64,000 nt of DNA from a virus, in IMG/VR virus record IMGVR_UViG_3300020204_004581. The stretch is one strand, 5' to 3'. This document shows positions 1 through 9,933 of this stretch, in pieces. Below the pieces are notes generated by a model, which ran no database searches, had not been told where the DNA came from, and worked only from the letters and a program-made list of their open reading frames with translations. The stretch's first letter is position 1. Each line of letters starts with the position of its first letter. The position numbers and the translations under genes are program-made.

Positions 1-1
1 C

Positions 2-835
2 CCCAGTAACATAATTAATACCCTGTATTGTAAGACCACATAATGCACCTTGTTTCACACCAGTTGATCTTCCACTGCTTGACCCTGATGTGTTTCCTAC
101 AAGTGCGTCGATTTCAGACGTTGTTGCAAATGGCATAACTGATGTTCCTGACAAACCGAATTGTTTAAATGATTCAGAATCTGACATTACAGATTGGGAT
201 ATTGAAATCATTGCACCATCTACTTGATTATAAAAAGGTGGTTCCGATATCGGCACGTACCTCAAAACTTCTCCAATCTTAAGTGATGATGTTGAGGGTT
301 GGAAATCACCTGATTGATAGGCATTATCCGAACTCTCATTTTGTATAATACCTGTTGGTGATCTGAAATTGGCGTAGTATGCATCGGCAATCACGACGTG
401 ATTATTTGTTATACCAACCAAAGCACCAGTAACAGTATCCACGGCCAAAAAACCTAAAGTTCCCACATAACCCTGTAGGTTTTGTGATGTTAGAGATACA
501 CCACCTTTCAAAGGTCTTATTGTTTGTCTGTTTTGTGGTGGAGTTGACTGCCAAGAATAACAAGCACTTGTGATACTTGACGGACAAGCAAATGCCCTAA
601 TCTCACCAGTCTCAAAAACATCAGTCTTGAAAACTCTACCGTCGATCTCAACTTCAGAGGGCAAAATTTCGTCCGGTGATAACTCAGATAAAGGTTTCTT
701 TTTTTCTACCGTGAATACAATACTTTCCTCGCCAGTGTATTCACCGTTAGTTATCTTATTACCAAGCATCACTCCAACACCCTCAGGTGTGGTTTGGAAT
801 AATTCCTCAATCTTACTTTTTATTTGTTCTTCCAT
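2..835 (-). CDS. Trypsin-like (S1, Nal1-like) serine protease, 3' partial (runs off window start)
   Basis: Not in the ORF track; translated by hand from ATG at 835 and open to the window edge: MEEQIKSK...GVGVMLGNKITNG...SIVFTVEKKKP...RPLKGGVSL...GTLG...ITNNHVV (catalytic His)...VDGA (catalytic Asp)...GRSTG. The Ser motif would lie off-window. Confidence 0.7.
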   Translation of the reverse strand, partial: MEEQIKSKIEELFQTTPEGVGVMLGNKITNGEYTGEESIVFTVEKKKPLSELSPDEILPSEVEIDGRVFKTDVFETGEIRAFACPSSITSACYSWQSTPPQNRQTIRPLKGGVSLTSQNLQGYVGTLGFLAVDTVTGALVGITNNHVVIADAYYANFRSPTGIIQNESSDNAYQSGDFQPSTSSLKIGEVLRYVPISEPPFYNQVDGAMISISQSVMSDSESFKQFGLSGTSVMPFATTSEIDALVGNTSGSSSGRSTGVKQGALCGLTIQGINYVTG

Positions 836-836
836 A

Positions 837-3032
837 TTATAAAATATCAAATCCCATGAATAGAGTATTAGGTCCAACCACAGGTGTATTTGTCGGGCTT
901 GGGGTTATAGATGGTGTGAGACTTTTAGTAGGAGTATTTGTTGGGGTAGTAGTTGGGTTAGGTGTGGGTGTCGGTGTCAATCCTGTTGTTACTGTTGGTG
1001 TTGGTGTGGTTGTTGGTGTGGTTGTAATGGTTGGAGTGTTTGAAGGCGAAACAGTAATTGTTGGTGTGGGTGTAGGGTTATCGCAGTATTCTTCATAATA
1101 AAAATCATCTAATAAAATTGCACAACTCGGACAAGCTGGATCATACATTGAGAACGCGTCCTTCAATAATATGAAGTTATGCCTAATCTCAGGTTGAGAT
1201 AACGGTTCAATGTAGAATCTGAATTGTGATATTCCACCTTCAAAAGTTCCTGCGAAATATCTCTCGAGTAATATATCAGTGGTAAGTCCTGAAAGACTCG
1301 TTCCACTCAGAATATTATTTGGGAAACACTCAGGATCTTGTTGGTATGTCAATCCCGTGAGTGTTTGTGGGCACGCTGTGAACGTTAAGTTTTCATGTAA
1401 CCCTTGAGTGCCTCCACCCCATGACATGTTGAATGGAACACCAACTTGTCTTTGTTTAGGGGTGTTTAAAGCTCTCGGTATAATTTCCTCGACATCCTCC
1501 ACAACAAAGAATCTTCGACCATTTACCGATATGATAAGTTGTCCCTTTCTAAACTTAGCCGTATCAAGCCATTTTTCATTCAGAACAACTTTTTCTTCTG
1601 AAGGTATCGTGATTCCACTATGGGTTATTGGTGGTTCAATAATAGGAATCGTATACTTTTCCAAATCTGGTGGATATACTAATGTTGTTATCTGACCAAG
1701 TCCTCCAAGATATTCCAAATCACAAGTATCCAACCATTCATATCTTTTCCATGTAACATCTACTTGAACCCAGTGTTCTTGTGTATCATAAGTTGTACCT
1801 GAGCAATTATCCCAAATGCCTTTTGGTGAACAATATTCATTTATTGTATATCCTGTGACATAAGTGATTCCTGAGGTCTCACAAGCACCTGTAATTTCAC
1901 AACCTCCAGTAATCACTAAGGTTCTAACACAAATTTTTGGATTACTTGGATCACCAGAAAATTTTACGGCTAAAGCATTCGACATTGAATCAAATAAAGG
2001 ATCAGCATCTTCATCAGGAATTATTTTGTCTTCACAACCACATTCTGTAGTATTTTCTTTGTAACATTCCAATGGGCCTAATGTAAAGCCTGAAAGTGGG
2101 TAGATTGTTGTACAATTGAAATCAATAGGAATATCGGACCCATTACATAATTCAATTTCTGTTGTATCGACTAAACCACATAGACATGATTCACATAAAG
2201 TAAGTGCGGAGGTAACACGAGTATATCCACTATCTGATTTTGGATGACCACTTGCGAAGTGATAGAACTTATTCTCAGCTCGTGTTCCAATATAAAAAAA
2301 TATATTCTTGTTGTCAGGGTAATATCCGTTTAAAGTAGTAAATCCTGATTCAGGGATATATTCGTTTTCTAATCTCGGCTTCAACAAAAACTCTGCGGTC
2401 CAACCTAAATGCATTCTTTCGGGTAAAATATCGTAATCGTATCCGAACAATTTATAAAATCCTTGGTAAAAGCCACCATAAAGCTCTTCATATCTACCTG
2501 TTGTAGTGCCAGTCACTGATAAGATTTCGTACAGGGTTTGAGCAGATATTCCTGAGAATTCTAAGTTAGATCTTGTATTACCCGTAACTTGAATAAATTT
2601 CATTCTCCTATCAACATATAATCTATCGAATTTGCGGTCGTCAGTAAAAAAACCATTTGTATAATTCAAAGTTTCACCTGTCATCTGATCTACTAATCCG
2701 TTATCTATCCCCGTCAGACCTACATCGCACACAGTCCCTGCAGTTACGCAATCCAAATCGAATGATCCTGTATAATAATTTAAAGAAACTAATGTATTAT
2801 CAGGGTTGTAATCACCGTACTCCAAGTTGAACTTTTGTGTGCAGTTTGAATCGTTGAGATCCAAATAAACTGGCAATTTGTCTCCAAATGTTTCTGCAAT
2901 CAAATACGGAGAAAATACAACTTCTTCGTTATAGTTTTTTTCATCCGATGCCAAACAGAGATCTGTTATTTCATTAACAGGTTTTAGATACCATTTCCTG
3001 AAGTTATATTGATTTATGTTTTGGTATGCCAT
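837..3032 (-). CDS. Probable virion structural protein, Cys/Thr/Gly-rich, with C-terminal Pro-Thr low-complexity linker
   Basis: 731 aa with many Cys pairs and a C-terminal PTPTPT/TTTP run. TATTTAT motif upstream. No specific family recognised. Confidence 0.55.
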   Translation of the reverse strand: MAYQNINQYNFRKWYLKPVNEITDLCLASDEKNYNEEVVFSPYLIAETFGDKLPVYLDLNDSNCTQKFNLEYGDYNPDNTLVSLNYYTGSFDLDCVTAGTVCDVGLTGIDNGLVDQMTGETLNYTNGFFTDDRKFDRLYVDRRMKFIQVTGNTRSNLEFSGISAQTLYEILSVTGTTTGRYEELYGGFYQGFYKLFGYDYDILPERMHLGWTAEFLLKPRLENEYIPESGFTTLNGYYPDNKNIFFYIGTRAENKFYHFASGHPKSDSGYTRVTSALTLCESCLCGLVDTTEIELCNGSDIPIDFNCTTIYPLSGFTLGPLECYKENTTECGCEDKIIPDEDADPLFDSMSNALAVKFSGDPSNPKICVRTLVITGGCEITGACETSGITYVTGYTINEYCSPKGIWDNCSGTTYDTQEHWVQVDVTWKRYEWLDTCDLEYLGGLGQITTLVYPPDLEKYTIPIIEPPITHSGITIPSEEKVVLNEKWLDTAKFRKGQLIISVNGRRFFVVEDVEEIIPRALNTPKQRQVGVPFNMSWGGGTQGLHENLTFTACPQTLTGLTYQQDPECFPNNILSGTSLSGLTTDILLERYFAGTFEGGISQFRFYIEPLSQPEIRHNFILLKDAFSMYDPACPSCAILLDDFYYEEYCDNPTPTPTITVSPSNTPTITTTPTTTPTPTVTTGLTPTPTPNPTTTPTNTPTKSLTPSITPSPTNTPVVGPNTLFMGFDIL

Positions 3033-3040
3033 GATTAATG

Positions 3041-3067
3041 ATAAATACCTGATTGAAAGTATTTATA
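3041..3067. promoter_or_regulatory. Divergent pair of TATTTAT late-promoter motifs (representative of about 18 sites)
   Basis: ATAAATA at 3041-3047 serves the minus gene and TATTTATA at 3060-3067 serves the plus gene. Confidence 0.7.
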
Positions 3068-3081
3068 GTTAAAAAAACAGG

Positions 3082-3900
3082 ATGATTCCCATAGACAAAG
3101 AACTGTATTCGAACCCATATTACTTCTTATTAAGAGATAAGGGTAACAAATATTCCCTCTATTTTTCGGTAGAGAACACAATCTCTGAAGCCAGAAAAAA
3201 AGATGAGAAAATAGACTTTGACAAAAAACAAGGAGATAAAGTGAGAAAACATTTATTAAAAGTAGCAAAAGAAAAAAAAGTCAAAACTACTAAAGATCTC
3301 AAGGGAGAATTAGAAGAACTTGTAACTGCAGACGGATCTATGGCAAATTCGAAGGTACCAATTTTAGATCCAAGAATGCACCCGAAAAAAACTATGGATC
3401 AGACAGTTCCGGCAGCTAGAATAACAAACGATCCCATATCAAGAGGGTATAGAGTGTATTATGGTGAATCTGTCGAAGAAATCGAAGAGGAGGATTTATC
3501 TAAAGCTTTTGGTTATGAAGAAACCTCGGGAAAAACACCCAATCAAACGATAAAAATTTTGAGGAAGATGGGTGTTGATAATCCGATTGAAAGAGCTGAT
3601 GAGATGGGAAAGACGGTAAAGTTGGATAAGAAAAAGAAAAAAGGTTCTTTTATTAGACAACGAATCACGGAAAAGAGTAAGATTGAAGAGATTCAAAGAC
3701 AGAAGATGTTAAAGGTTGTCGAGGATATTTTGATGAAGAACAAAGAGTCAAATAGGTCTGATATTGTAAAAAGACAAAATGATTCTGAGGATGAATCTAT
3801 TTCTGTTATTAAGAAAAACATAAAATCTTTGGTCAATCAAGCAAGGAGAAACGGGATGTCAAAAAAAGACATTATAAAATTATTAGAAAGTGAACAGTGA
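3082..3900 (+). CDS. Hypothetical Lys/Glu-rich protein (late operon)
   Basis: 272-aa ORF preceded by TATTTATA at 3060-3067; overlaps the next start. Confidence 0.7.
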   Translation: MIPIDKELYSNPYYFLLRDKGNKYSLYFSVENTISEARKKDEKIDFDKKQGDKVRKHLLKVAKEKKVKTTKDLKGELEELVTADGSMANSKVPILDPRMHPKKTMDQTVPAARITNDPISRGYRVYYGESVEEIEEEDLSKAFGYEETSGKTPNQTIKILRKMGVDNPIERADEMGKTVKLDKKKKKGSFIRQRITEKSKIEEIQRQKMLKVVEDILMKNKESNRSDIVKRQNDSEDESISVIKKNIKSLVNQARRNGMSKKDIIKLLESEQ

Positions 3901-4351
3901 TCTTTATAACAAAAGGGTAAAATTCCCTGAAGAAATGAAAGAACACATGAAGTCTTCTTTCAAATCAGTTCAAGATGCGAATCAGTATTCTGAAGGGTAT
4001 AATCGTAATCAAGAGCTGCAAGAACAATCTTCAGTTACCTATCAACAATTGAAGAGGATTAAAAACTTCTTCGATACTTTCAAAGGTAAGCCGAGTGAAG
4101 AATCTTATGTTCTAAACGGAGGAGAAAAAATGAAAGGATGGGTTAACGGAGCACTGAGATTTTTGAGAGATTCAAACTACAACACCAAACATAACAAATC
4201 AGAAACAGGAATGCAAAATCAACATATTGATAATCATGAAAAAGATTATACAAATGTTAGACCTTCAAAAAAACACAAATCCACACTACAGAAGTATGAT
4301 TCCGCAGTTACTGAAAGCCTTAAAAGAATAAACCACTTAATGAATAGATAA
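3890..4351 (+). CDS. Hypothetical protein
   Basis: 153-aa ORF in a tight operon; C-terminus VTESLKRINHLM. Confidence 0.7.
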   Translation: MNSDLYNKRVKFPEEMKEHMKSSFKSVQDANQYSEGYNRNQELQEQSSVTYQQLKRIKNFFDTFKGKPSEESYVLNGGEKMKGWVNGALRFLRDSNYNTKHNKSETGMQNQHIDNHEKDYTNVRPSKKHKSTLQKYDSAVTESLKRINHLMNR

Positions 4352-4354
4352 CTT

Positions 4355-4651
4355 ATGGCAGATTTACCATTAGATTTTAGTCAAGACGTTAATAATCAAC
4401 TGACAGCTATCGCAGATCTTGAAAGAAAAAAACTTATAACAAAAAATGACTACGACGGGGAAAAAGTAATTTACTCAGTCAACAGTCCCAATGCAATAGC
4501 AGATGGGGATGATTTGGGTAGGGGTACAGGTATTTTTCTTGATGTATACAATGAAAATGCTGGAACGGGAATAGATGTCAACGAAAGAAAGAATGAAATC
4601 AAGATTAACAAATACAATTCATCTAAACCTTATCCTAACTTTGCAATTTGA
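4355..4651 (+). CDS. Hypothetical protein
   Basis: 98-aa ORF, tightly packed with its neighbours. Confidence 0.7.
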   Translation: MADLPLDFSQDVNNQLTAIADLERKKLITKNDYDGEKVIYSVNSPNAIADGDDLGRGTGIFLDVYNENAGTGIDVNERKNEIKINKYNSSKPYPNFAI

Positions 4652-5037
4652 TGAAACTTCAGGAATCTCTCAAACAACTAATTGTAGAGATTGCTTCTGT
4701 TGACAGTGTCATTGACTCTATAAAAAAAAGACAGAAATGTATAATCTACTATGATGGTGATGAACCTGGTGGTAGAGGTTTGCGTCAAATTGAACCTGTT
4801 TGTTTAGGTCGAATGAAAGGAACTAATAACCTAGCATTGAGAGCTTGGGATGAGGAGGGGGCTTCGTTCACAGGGTATAAGGGAGAGCAACCTTTACCTG
4901 GTTGGAGAATTTTTAGATTGGATAAGATACTTTCTCTGAAACCGACAGGAGAAATATTCAATACACCAAAACCAAACTTCAATCCAAATGGTGACAAATC
5001 TATGAGTAGTATTATTATTATTGTAAAATTTAATTAA
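4648..5037 (+). CDS. Stand-alone WYL domain protein
   Basis: IYY...GLRQIEPVCLG...LRAWD...WRIFRLDKI matches the WYL pattern (R.IEP..L, W/Y-L-x-A-W, R.FRLDRI). No HTH present. Confidence 0.75.
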   Translation: MMKLQESLKQLIVEIASVDSVIDSIKKRQKCIIYYDGDEPGGRGLRQIEPVCLGRMKGTNNLALRAWDEEGASFTGYKGEQPLPGWRIFRLDKILSLKPTGEIFNTPKPNFNPNGDKSMSSIIIIVKFN

Positions 5038-5038
5038 T

Positions 5039-5572
5039 ATGAGTGACCTAATGCAAAAATTAATGATTTCAAAAGCCATAATAGATAAACATAATCAAAT
5101 ACCACGTGGACAGAAATCAACAGAAACACCCAATATAAACTTACAAGAGTTCAATAGACCACAAGCAAAATATAATATTCCTCAGAGTTTAATGTCTGAG
5201 TCTGTGATTGAAAATACTAAGCCGGTTGGTGATACTACAGTGGAGGCAATTAAAAAATCTAAACTACCTGATTCAATAAAAAAATTGATGATGGAAAACC
5301 CGATTGTACAACCACAACAATCATCCCCTGTTTTATCTAATGAACTTATCGAAAAGGCCTCAAGATTGATGCCGACAGTATCCGAAACTATATCTACACA
5401 AAACATAGACCTAACTCCCCTCAACAAACTCGTAAAAGAAGCCGTTAATGAAGCTTTAAGAGAAAATGGTTTGTTAGTCGAAGGAACTGAAAAAACAAAT
5501 GAAATTTTTTCTTTCAGGGTAGGGAGCCATATTTTCGAGGGAAAAGTTACAAAAGTTAAAAAAATCAAATAA
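5039..5572 (+). CDS. Hypothetical protein
   Basis: 177-aa ORF at the end of the operon. Confidence 0.7.
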   Translation: MSDLMQKLMISKAIIDKHNQIPRGQKSTETPNINLQEFNRPQAKYNIPQSLMSESVIENTKPVGDTTVEAIKKSKLPDSIKKLMMENPIVQPQQSSPVLSNELIEKASRLMPTVSETISTQNIDLTPLNKLVKEAVNEALRENGLLVEGTEKTNEIFSFRVGSHIFEGKVTKVKKIK

Positions 5573-5625
5573 CAACTTTCTTTAATCAGGACAAAAGATT
5601 ATACTTTACGGAGTAAAATTATAAT

Positions 5626-6834
5626 ATGTCCAAATTCAAAGTATTAGCATTACCATCAGATAGAACCGGTGTTGGTAAATTTAGATCTGTAGATCCGCAC
5701 ATTTTCCTACAAAATGCATTTGGTGATGATTTTCACGTTGATATCGTTTATGATCCACCCTACAATATAGACTACTATAAAGACTATCATCTTGTTAGTT
5801 ATCATAGAAACATCGGATCAGATTTTGACAAGGGTATTAAATTAGTAGAAGAACTAAATAAACTTGGAATTATAACTGTCTGTGACATCGATGATTATTG
5901 GATGCCAACTAAAGACCATCCAATCCATGATGTAATTAGAGTTAACAAACTCAATGAGAAAATTGTTAATTGTATTCGTGCTGCGAAATATGTGACCACA
6001 ACTACAAAAATATTTGCTCATGAAATCAAGGTAATTAATAAAAACGTATTTATTTTACCAAACGCTATTAATCCGAAAGAGGGTCAATTTAATGAACCAA
6101 CACCTGAATCTGATAGAATTAGAATAGGCTGGCTTGGTGGATCATCACATTTATCGGACATACTCTTACTTGATCAATCATTTAGTAAACTTTCGAAATA
6201 TAAAAATGAAACTCAATTTGTTATTTGTGGATTTGATACAAGGGGTTCAATGACAGAAATCAACGCTCAAACTGGCGAGCAGAAGAAAAGAAATATATTA
6301 CCTGCAGAAACAGTTTGGGCAACCTATGAAAAAGTATTTACTCAAAACTACACCACAGTAAGTCCTGAATACAAAGAACATCTTCTGAAGTATTCACAAG
6401 ATCCCTTCGAGGGTGAAATGAATCAACCATATGTTAGAGTTTGGACAAAACCTGTCACAGCATACGCAAGAAATTATTCCAAATTTGACATATCTTTATC
6501 ACCTTTAAAAAATCACATATTCAATAGAGTTAAGTCCCAATTGAAAGTAATAGAATCAGGTTTTTATAAAAAAGCTTTGATCGCATCCAACATTGGTCCA
6601 TACACAATTGATTTGAAACATTCGTTGAGTAATGGTAATTTCACAGACGGAAATGCTCTTTTAGTTGATGAAAATAGGAATCACTCAGATTGGGCAAAAT
6701 ACATCGAGAAACTAATTAAAAATCCGAATTGGATCAAAGATTTGGGCGAAAGATTATATGAAACTGTGAAAGATACTTACGATTTAAACAAAGTAACCAA
6801 AGACAGAGCACAACTTTATAAAAGTTTTTTATGA
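5626..6834 (+). CDS. Glycosyltransferase (GT-B fold)
   Basis: Motifs DIDDYW, VTTTT, LPNAI, IGWLGGSSH and DISLSPL...FNRVKSQLKVIE...LIASNIGPY. Confidence 0.8.
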   Translation: MSKFKVLALPSDRTGVGKFRSVDPHIFLQNAFGDDFHVDIVYDPPYNIDYYKDYHLVSYHRNIGSDFDKGIKLVEELNKLGIITVCDIDDYWMPTKDHPIHDVIRVNKLNEKIVNCIRAAKYVTTTTKIFAHEIKVINKNVFILPNAINPKEGQFNEPTPESDRIRIGWLGGSSHLSDILLLDQSFSKLSKYKNETQFVICGFDTRGSMTEINAQTGEQKKRNILPAETVWATYEKVFTQNYTTVSPEYKEHLLKYSQDPFEGEMNQPYVRVWTKPVTAYARNYSKFDISLSPLKNHIFNRVKSQLKVIESGFYKKALIASNIGPYTIDLKHSLSNGNFTDGNALLVDENRNHSDWAKYIEKLIKNPNWIKDLGERLYETVKDTYDLNKVTKDRAQLYKSFL

Positions 6835-7532
6835 TAAATGTCCCATTAGAAAAAATATTGTTTATCGATATTGAAACTGTTGGATGTCAGAAAGATTTCG
6901 ATAATTTGAAAAAATTAAACGAACGTTTGGCCTCCCTTTTCAGTTACTATGAGTCATGGTTTAAAAAAAGATTTCCTGAAGATACTGACGCAGATTTAAA
7001 CAAACTATTCAAAACACGAGCAGCTTTGGTTCCTGAGTTTGCAAAAATAGTTACTGTATGTTTGGGTATAGTAGATCAAAATGGTAAATTCAAAACTACT
7101 GTGTTTTCTGACGACAATGAAAGAACTTTGTTAGTTGAACTGAGAAAAACTTTATTCAAATGTGGTGAGATGGGTTATTTTCTTTGCGGCCATAATGTCA
7201 AAAATTTTGACATACCGACATTAGCAAAACGTATGATAATTAATGGCTTAAACCCACCCAAACTCCTCCCAACTTATGACACTAAACCATGGGAAATCAA
7301 AGCTATCGACACAAGAGACGTGTGGCAGTACGGTCAATATGCATCTATTTCTACGTTGGACTTGATGTGCGGTGTTATGGATATAGAATCCTCTAAATCT
7401 GAAGATATGGATGGCTCTAAAGTACACTCTGTTTATTGGGATGAAAAAAATATTGATAAAATAAACACATATTGTGAAAAAGATGTTGTTGTTTTATACG
7501 AGGTGGTAAAAAAATTTATAAATTTATTATAA
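6831..7532 (+). CDS. 3'-5' exonuclease, DEDD/PolB-exonuclease-like
   Basis: ExoI FIDIET, ExoII GHNVKNFD and ExoIII YCEKDV motifs. Confidence 0.85.
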   Translation: MINVPLEKILFIDIETVGCQKDFDNLKKLNERLASLFSYYESWFKKRFPEDTDADLNKLFKTRAALVPEFAKIVTVCLGIVDQNGKFKTTVFSDDNERTLLVELRKTLFKCGEMGYFLCGHNVKNFDIPTLAKRMIINGLNPPKLLPTYDTKPWEIKAIDTRDVWQYGQYASISTLDLMCGVMDIESSKSEDMDGSKVHSVYWDEKNIDKINTYCEKDVVVLYEVVKKFINLL

Positions 7533-7533
7533 T

Positions 7534-8127
7534 ATGGATGATCTTTTTAAAAAAGAATTAAAAGAAGCTCTAAAAAAGATAGAGGGTTTTGAAAATATTT
7601 TGGATGATAGCAATAACATCAATCAATTAAACGAACTGCTCGGCTTCTCCTCTGAAGATCTGATGGATGAATCGTCTTATTCTACAAAAAGACCTTTGGG
7701 TTATCAAAAAATATCACCCTTAGCTATTACGCCAAAATACAACTATCCAACTGACTCAGGATTTGATTTACATTCAATTATCGATTGCACGATACAACCT
7801 CTAAGTCGGGCACTAATACCAACAGGGTTGAAATTTGATATTGATGATGGATATGAAATTCAAGTTAGAACTAAGTCAGGTCTGGCTATTAATCAAGGAT
7901 TGATGGTGCTCAACTCACCTGGCACCATGGACAATGGCTATACAGGTGAATGTAAAATCCCTGTTTTTAACACAAATCAGACACCATTTATTATTACAAT
8001 AGGTATGAAAGTTGCACAAGCGGTCCTCTGTCCTGTTGTAAATGGAAGATGGGTCGACTTACAAGAAAGAAAAGAAATATCAGAGAAGGATAGAGGAAAC
8101 AACGGGTTCGGAAGTACGGGCATTTAA
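7534..8127 (+). CDS. dut: Trimeric dUTPase with acidic N-terminal extension
   Basis: Motifs SGFDL, KSGLA, GTMDNGYTGE, AQ and RGNNGFGSTG. Confidence 0.93.
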   Translation: MDDLFKKELKEALKKIEGFENILDDSNNINQLNELLGFSSEDLMDESSYSTKRPLGYQKISPLAITPKYNYPTDSGFDLHSIIDCTIQPLSRALIPTGLKFDIDDGYEIQVRTKSGLAINQGLMVLNSPGTMDNGYTGECKIPVFNTNQTPFIITIGMKVAQAVLCPVVNGRWVDLQERKEISEKDRGNNGFGSTGI

Positions 8128-8137
8128 AACTTTATTC

Positions 8138-8308
8138 ATGGGAAAATATTATGAAAGTTTGGAAACTCTTATTGAGTTGATAAAAAAATTGGATAAAAAA
8201 AATGTTCTTGCAGAGTTTATTATAGATTGTATATCTATTTCCAAATCAGACCCAAACTTAACCGTTAACGAAATAATTAAACAAGCCAAGAAAAAAAGAT
8301 TAACATAA
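8138..8308 (+). CDS. Small hypothetical protein
   Basis: Start moved to ATG 8138 (MGKYYESL...) to avoid overlap with dut; its stop abuts the next start. Confidence 0.6.
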   Translation: MGKYYESLETLIELIKKLDKKNVLAEFIIDCISISKSDPNLTVNEIIKQAKKKRLT

Positions 8309-9933
8309 TGTTGACTGTTGGATATAGTACAAGAAAAACTAATCCTGAGTTTATTGAGTATCTCAAAAAAACATCAGGATTCAAAAAAATCAATGTTATC
8401 GAAAAGGTGAACAATGGTGAAAAAAGTCTCAGTCAAGTTTACAATGAAATCATTTCAGAGTCCGAAACTGACATAATTGTCCTTTGTCATGACGATATTT
8501 TGTTTGACACTAACGGATGGTACTCCAAAATTATCAGACATTTCGAAAAATCTGAGTACGGTATCTTAGGGGTTGCAGGAACAACACACATACCAATAAG
8601 TGGTATGTGGTGGGAGCAAAAAGGGAGAATGGTAGGTATCGTAAACCATGAACACGACGGAAAAAAATGGGAGTCAAAATACTCAGATTCTTTGGGTAAT
8701 GGAATCAAGCAGACCGTGATAGTTGACGGATTGTTCATAGCATTAGATAAAACAAAGATCAAAAAAAACTTTGATGAATCCGTAACAGGATTTCACATGT
8801 ACGATGTTAATTTTTGTTTTAGAAACTTTATCGAGAACGTTAAAATTGGTGTCATTACAAATATCAGAATCACTCACAAGTCTATTGGTATGGTTAACCA
8901 ACAATGGGATGAAAACCGAAAAGTTTTTGCTGAAAAGTACAAAGATAAATTACCAGCAAAAGTCAAATACAAGTTCGAAGACAAATTAAAAGTTCTAATT
9001 ACCTCACTTTTTTTTAAAACTTTCACCGGATCTGAATTGTATGTTTTTGAATTAGCCAAAGGTCTCCAAAAATTGAACTGCGATGTCACAGTAATGTCAC
9101 AAATTGATGGGCCATTAACAAAGTTAGCTAAAGAAAAAGGTATCAGATCAATATCACATATGGAACCGCCAGGTTTTAAACTTGGTGATGGTAAGTGGGG
9201 GTTCAATGGACCCAACGGTGTCGAACTTTCATCACCTAATATGTACTATAAAATTTCTGACGTTACTTATGATGTAATTCATACTCAACACAAACCAGTT
9301 ACTGAAAGAATTTGTCAGCTATACCCTGATATTCCAAAACTAACGACCATACATTCTGAAGTAATTCCATTAGAGGACCCCCATATAGATTCTTCAATTA
9401 AAAAATATGTTGCTATTAGACCTGAAATAAGCAAATATCTTTATGAAAAATATGATATCGAAGATGTCGATGTAATTTATAATCCTATAGATAATACAAA
9501 ATTCAAACCAAAAGGACTAAAAGAAGAGGACGCTCTTTTGTTTGTCGGGACTATAGACTACTTGAGAGAGAATACTATAAGAGATTTAATACAATTTACT
9601 AAAGAATCCAAAATGGAACTTTGGTTAGTGGGTGATGATAAATCAAATTATCTTTCAGAGATACTTGAAAACAAACATGTAAAACATTTCAAATCTACTT
9701 GGTCTGTCGAAATTTTTATTCAAAAATGTAAAATGACTGCTGGTATACAATTAGGTAGAACAACAATTGAAGGTTGGATGTGTGGTAAGCCAGGGTATAT
9801 TTACAAGGTTGATTCTTCGGGTGGTATTTTGGAAAAGCAATTATTCGAACCACCAACAGATTTAGAAAAATACTACGCAGATAACGTAGCGAAACAGATA
9901 AAAGAAAAATACATCGAAATTTTGAACTCATGA
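8308..9933 (+). CDS. Bifunctional glycosyltransferase (GT-A/GT2-like N-terminal domain + GT4-like C-terminal domain)
   Basis: N-terminal YNE...LCHDDI...GVAG...VDGLF...FHMYD; C-terminal GSELYVFELAKGL...IYNPID...GRTTIEGWMCGKP. Confidence 0.8.
   Translation: MLTVGYSTRKTNPEFIEYLKKTSGFKKINVIEKVNNGEKSLSQVYNEIISESETDIIVLCHDDILFDTNGWYSKIIRHFEKSEYGILGVAGTTHIPISGMWWEQKGRMVGIVNHEHDGKKWESKYSDSLGNGIKQTVIVDGLFIALDKTKIKKNFDESVTGFHMYDVNFCFRNFIENVKIGVITNIRITHKSIGMVNQQWDENRKVFAEKYKDKLPAKVKYKFEDKLKVLITSLFFKTFTGSELYVFELAKGLQKLNCDVTVMSQIDGPLTKLAKEKGIRSISHMEPPGFKLGDGKWGFNGPNGVELSSPNMYYKISDVTYDVIHTQHKPVTERICQLYPDIPKLTTIHSEVIPLEDPHIDSSIKKYVAIRPEISKYLYEKYDIEDVDVIYNPIDNTKFKPKGLKEEDALLFVGTIDYLRENTIRDLIQFTKESKMELWLVGDDKSNYLSEILENKHVKHFKSTWSVEIFIQKCKMTAGIQLGRTTIEGWMCGKPGYIYKVDSSGGILEKQLFEPPTDLEKYYADNVAKQIKEKYIEILNS

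Noticed and set aside
402-842. Short ORFs 402..587 and 570..842
   Set aside because: They are an alternative frame and the antisense of the partial protease gene 2..835.
787-1098. Val/Gly-rich plus-strand ORF
   Set aside because: It is the antisense shadow of the Pro-Thr repeat in 837..3032.
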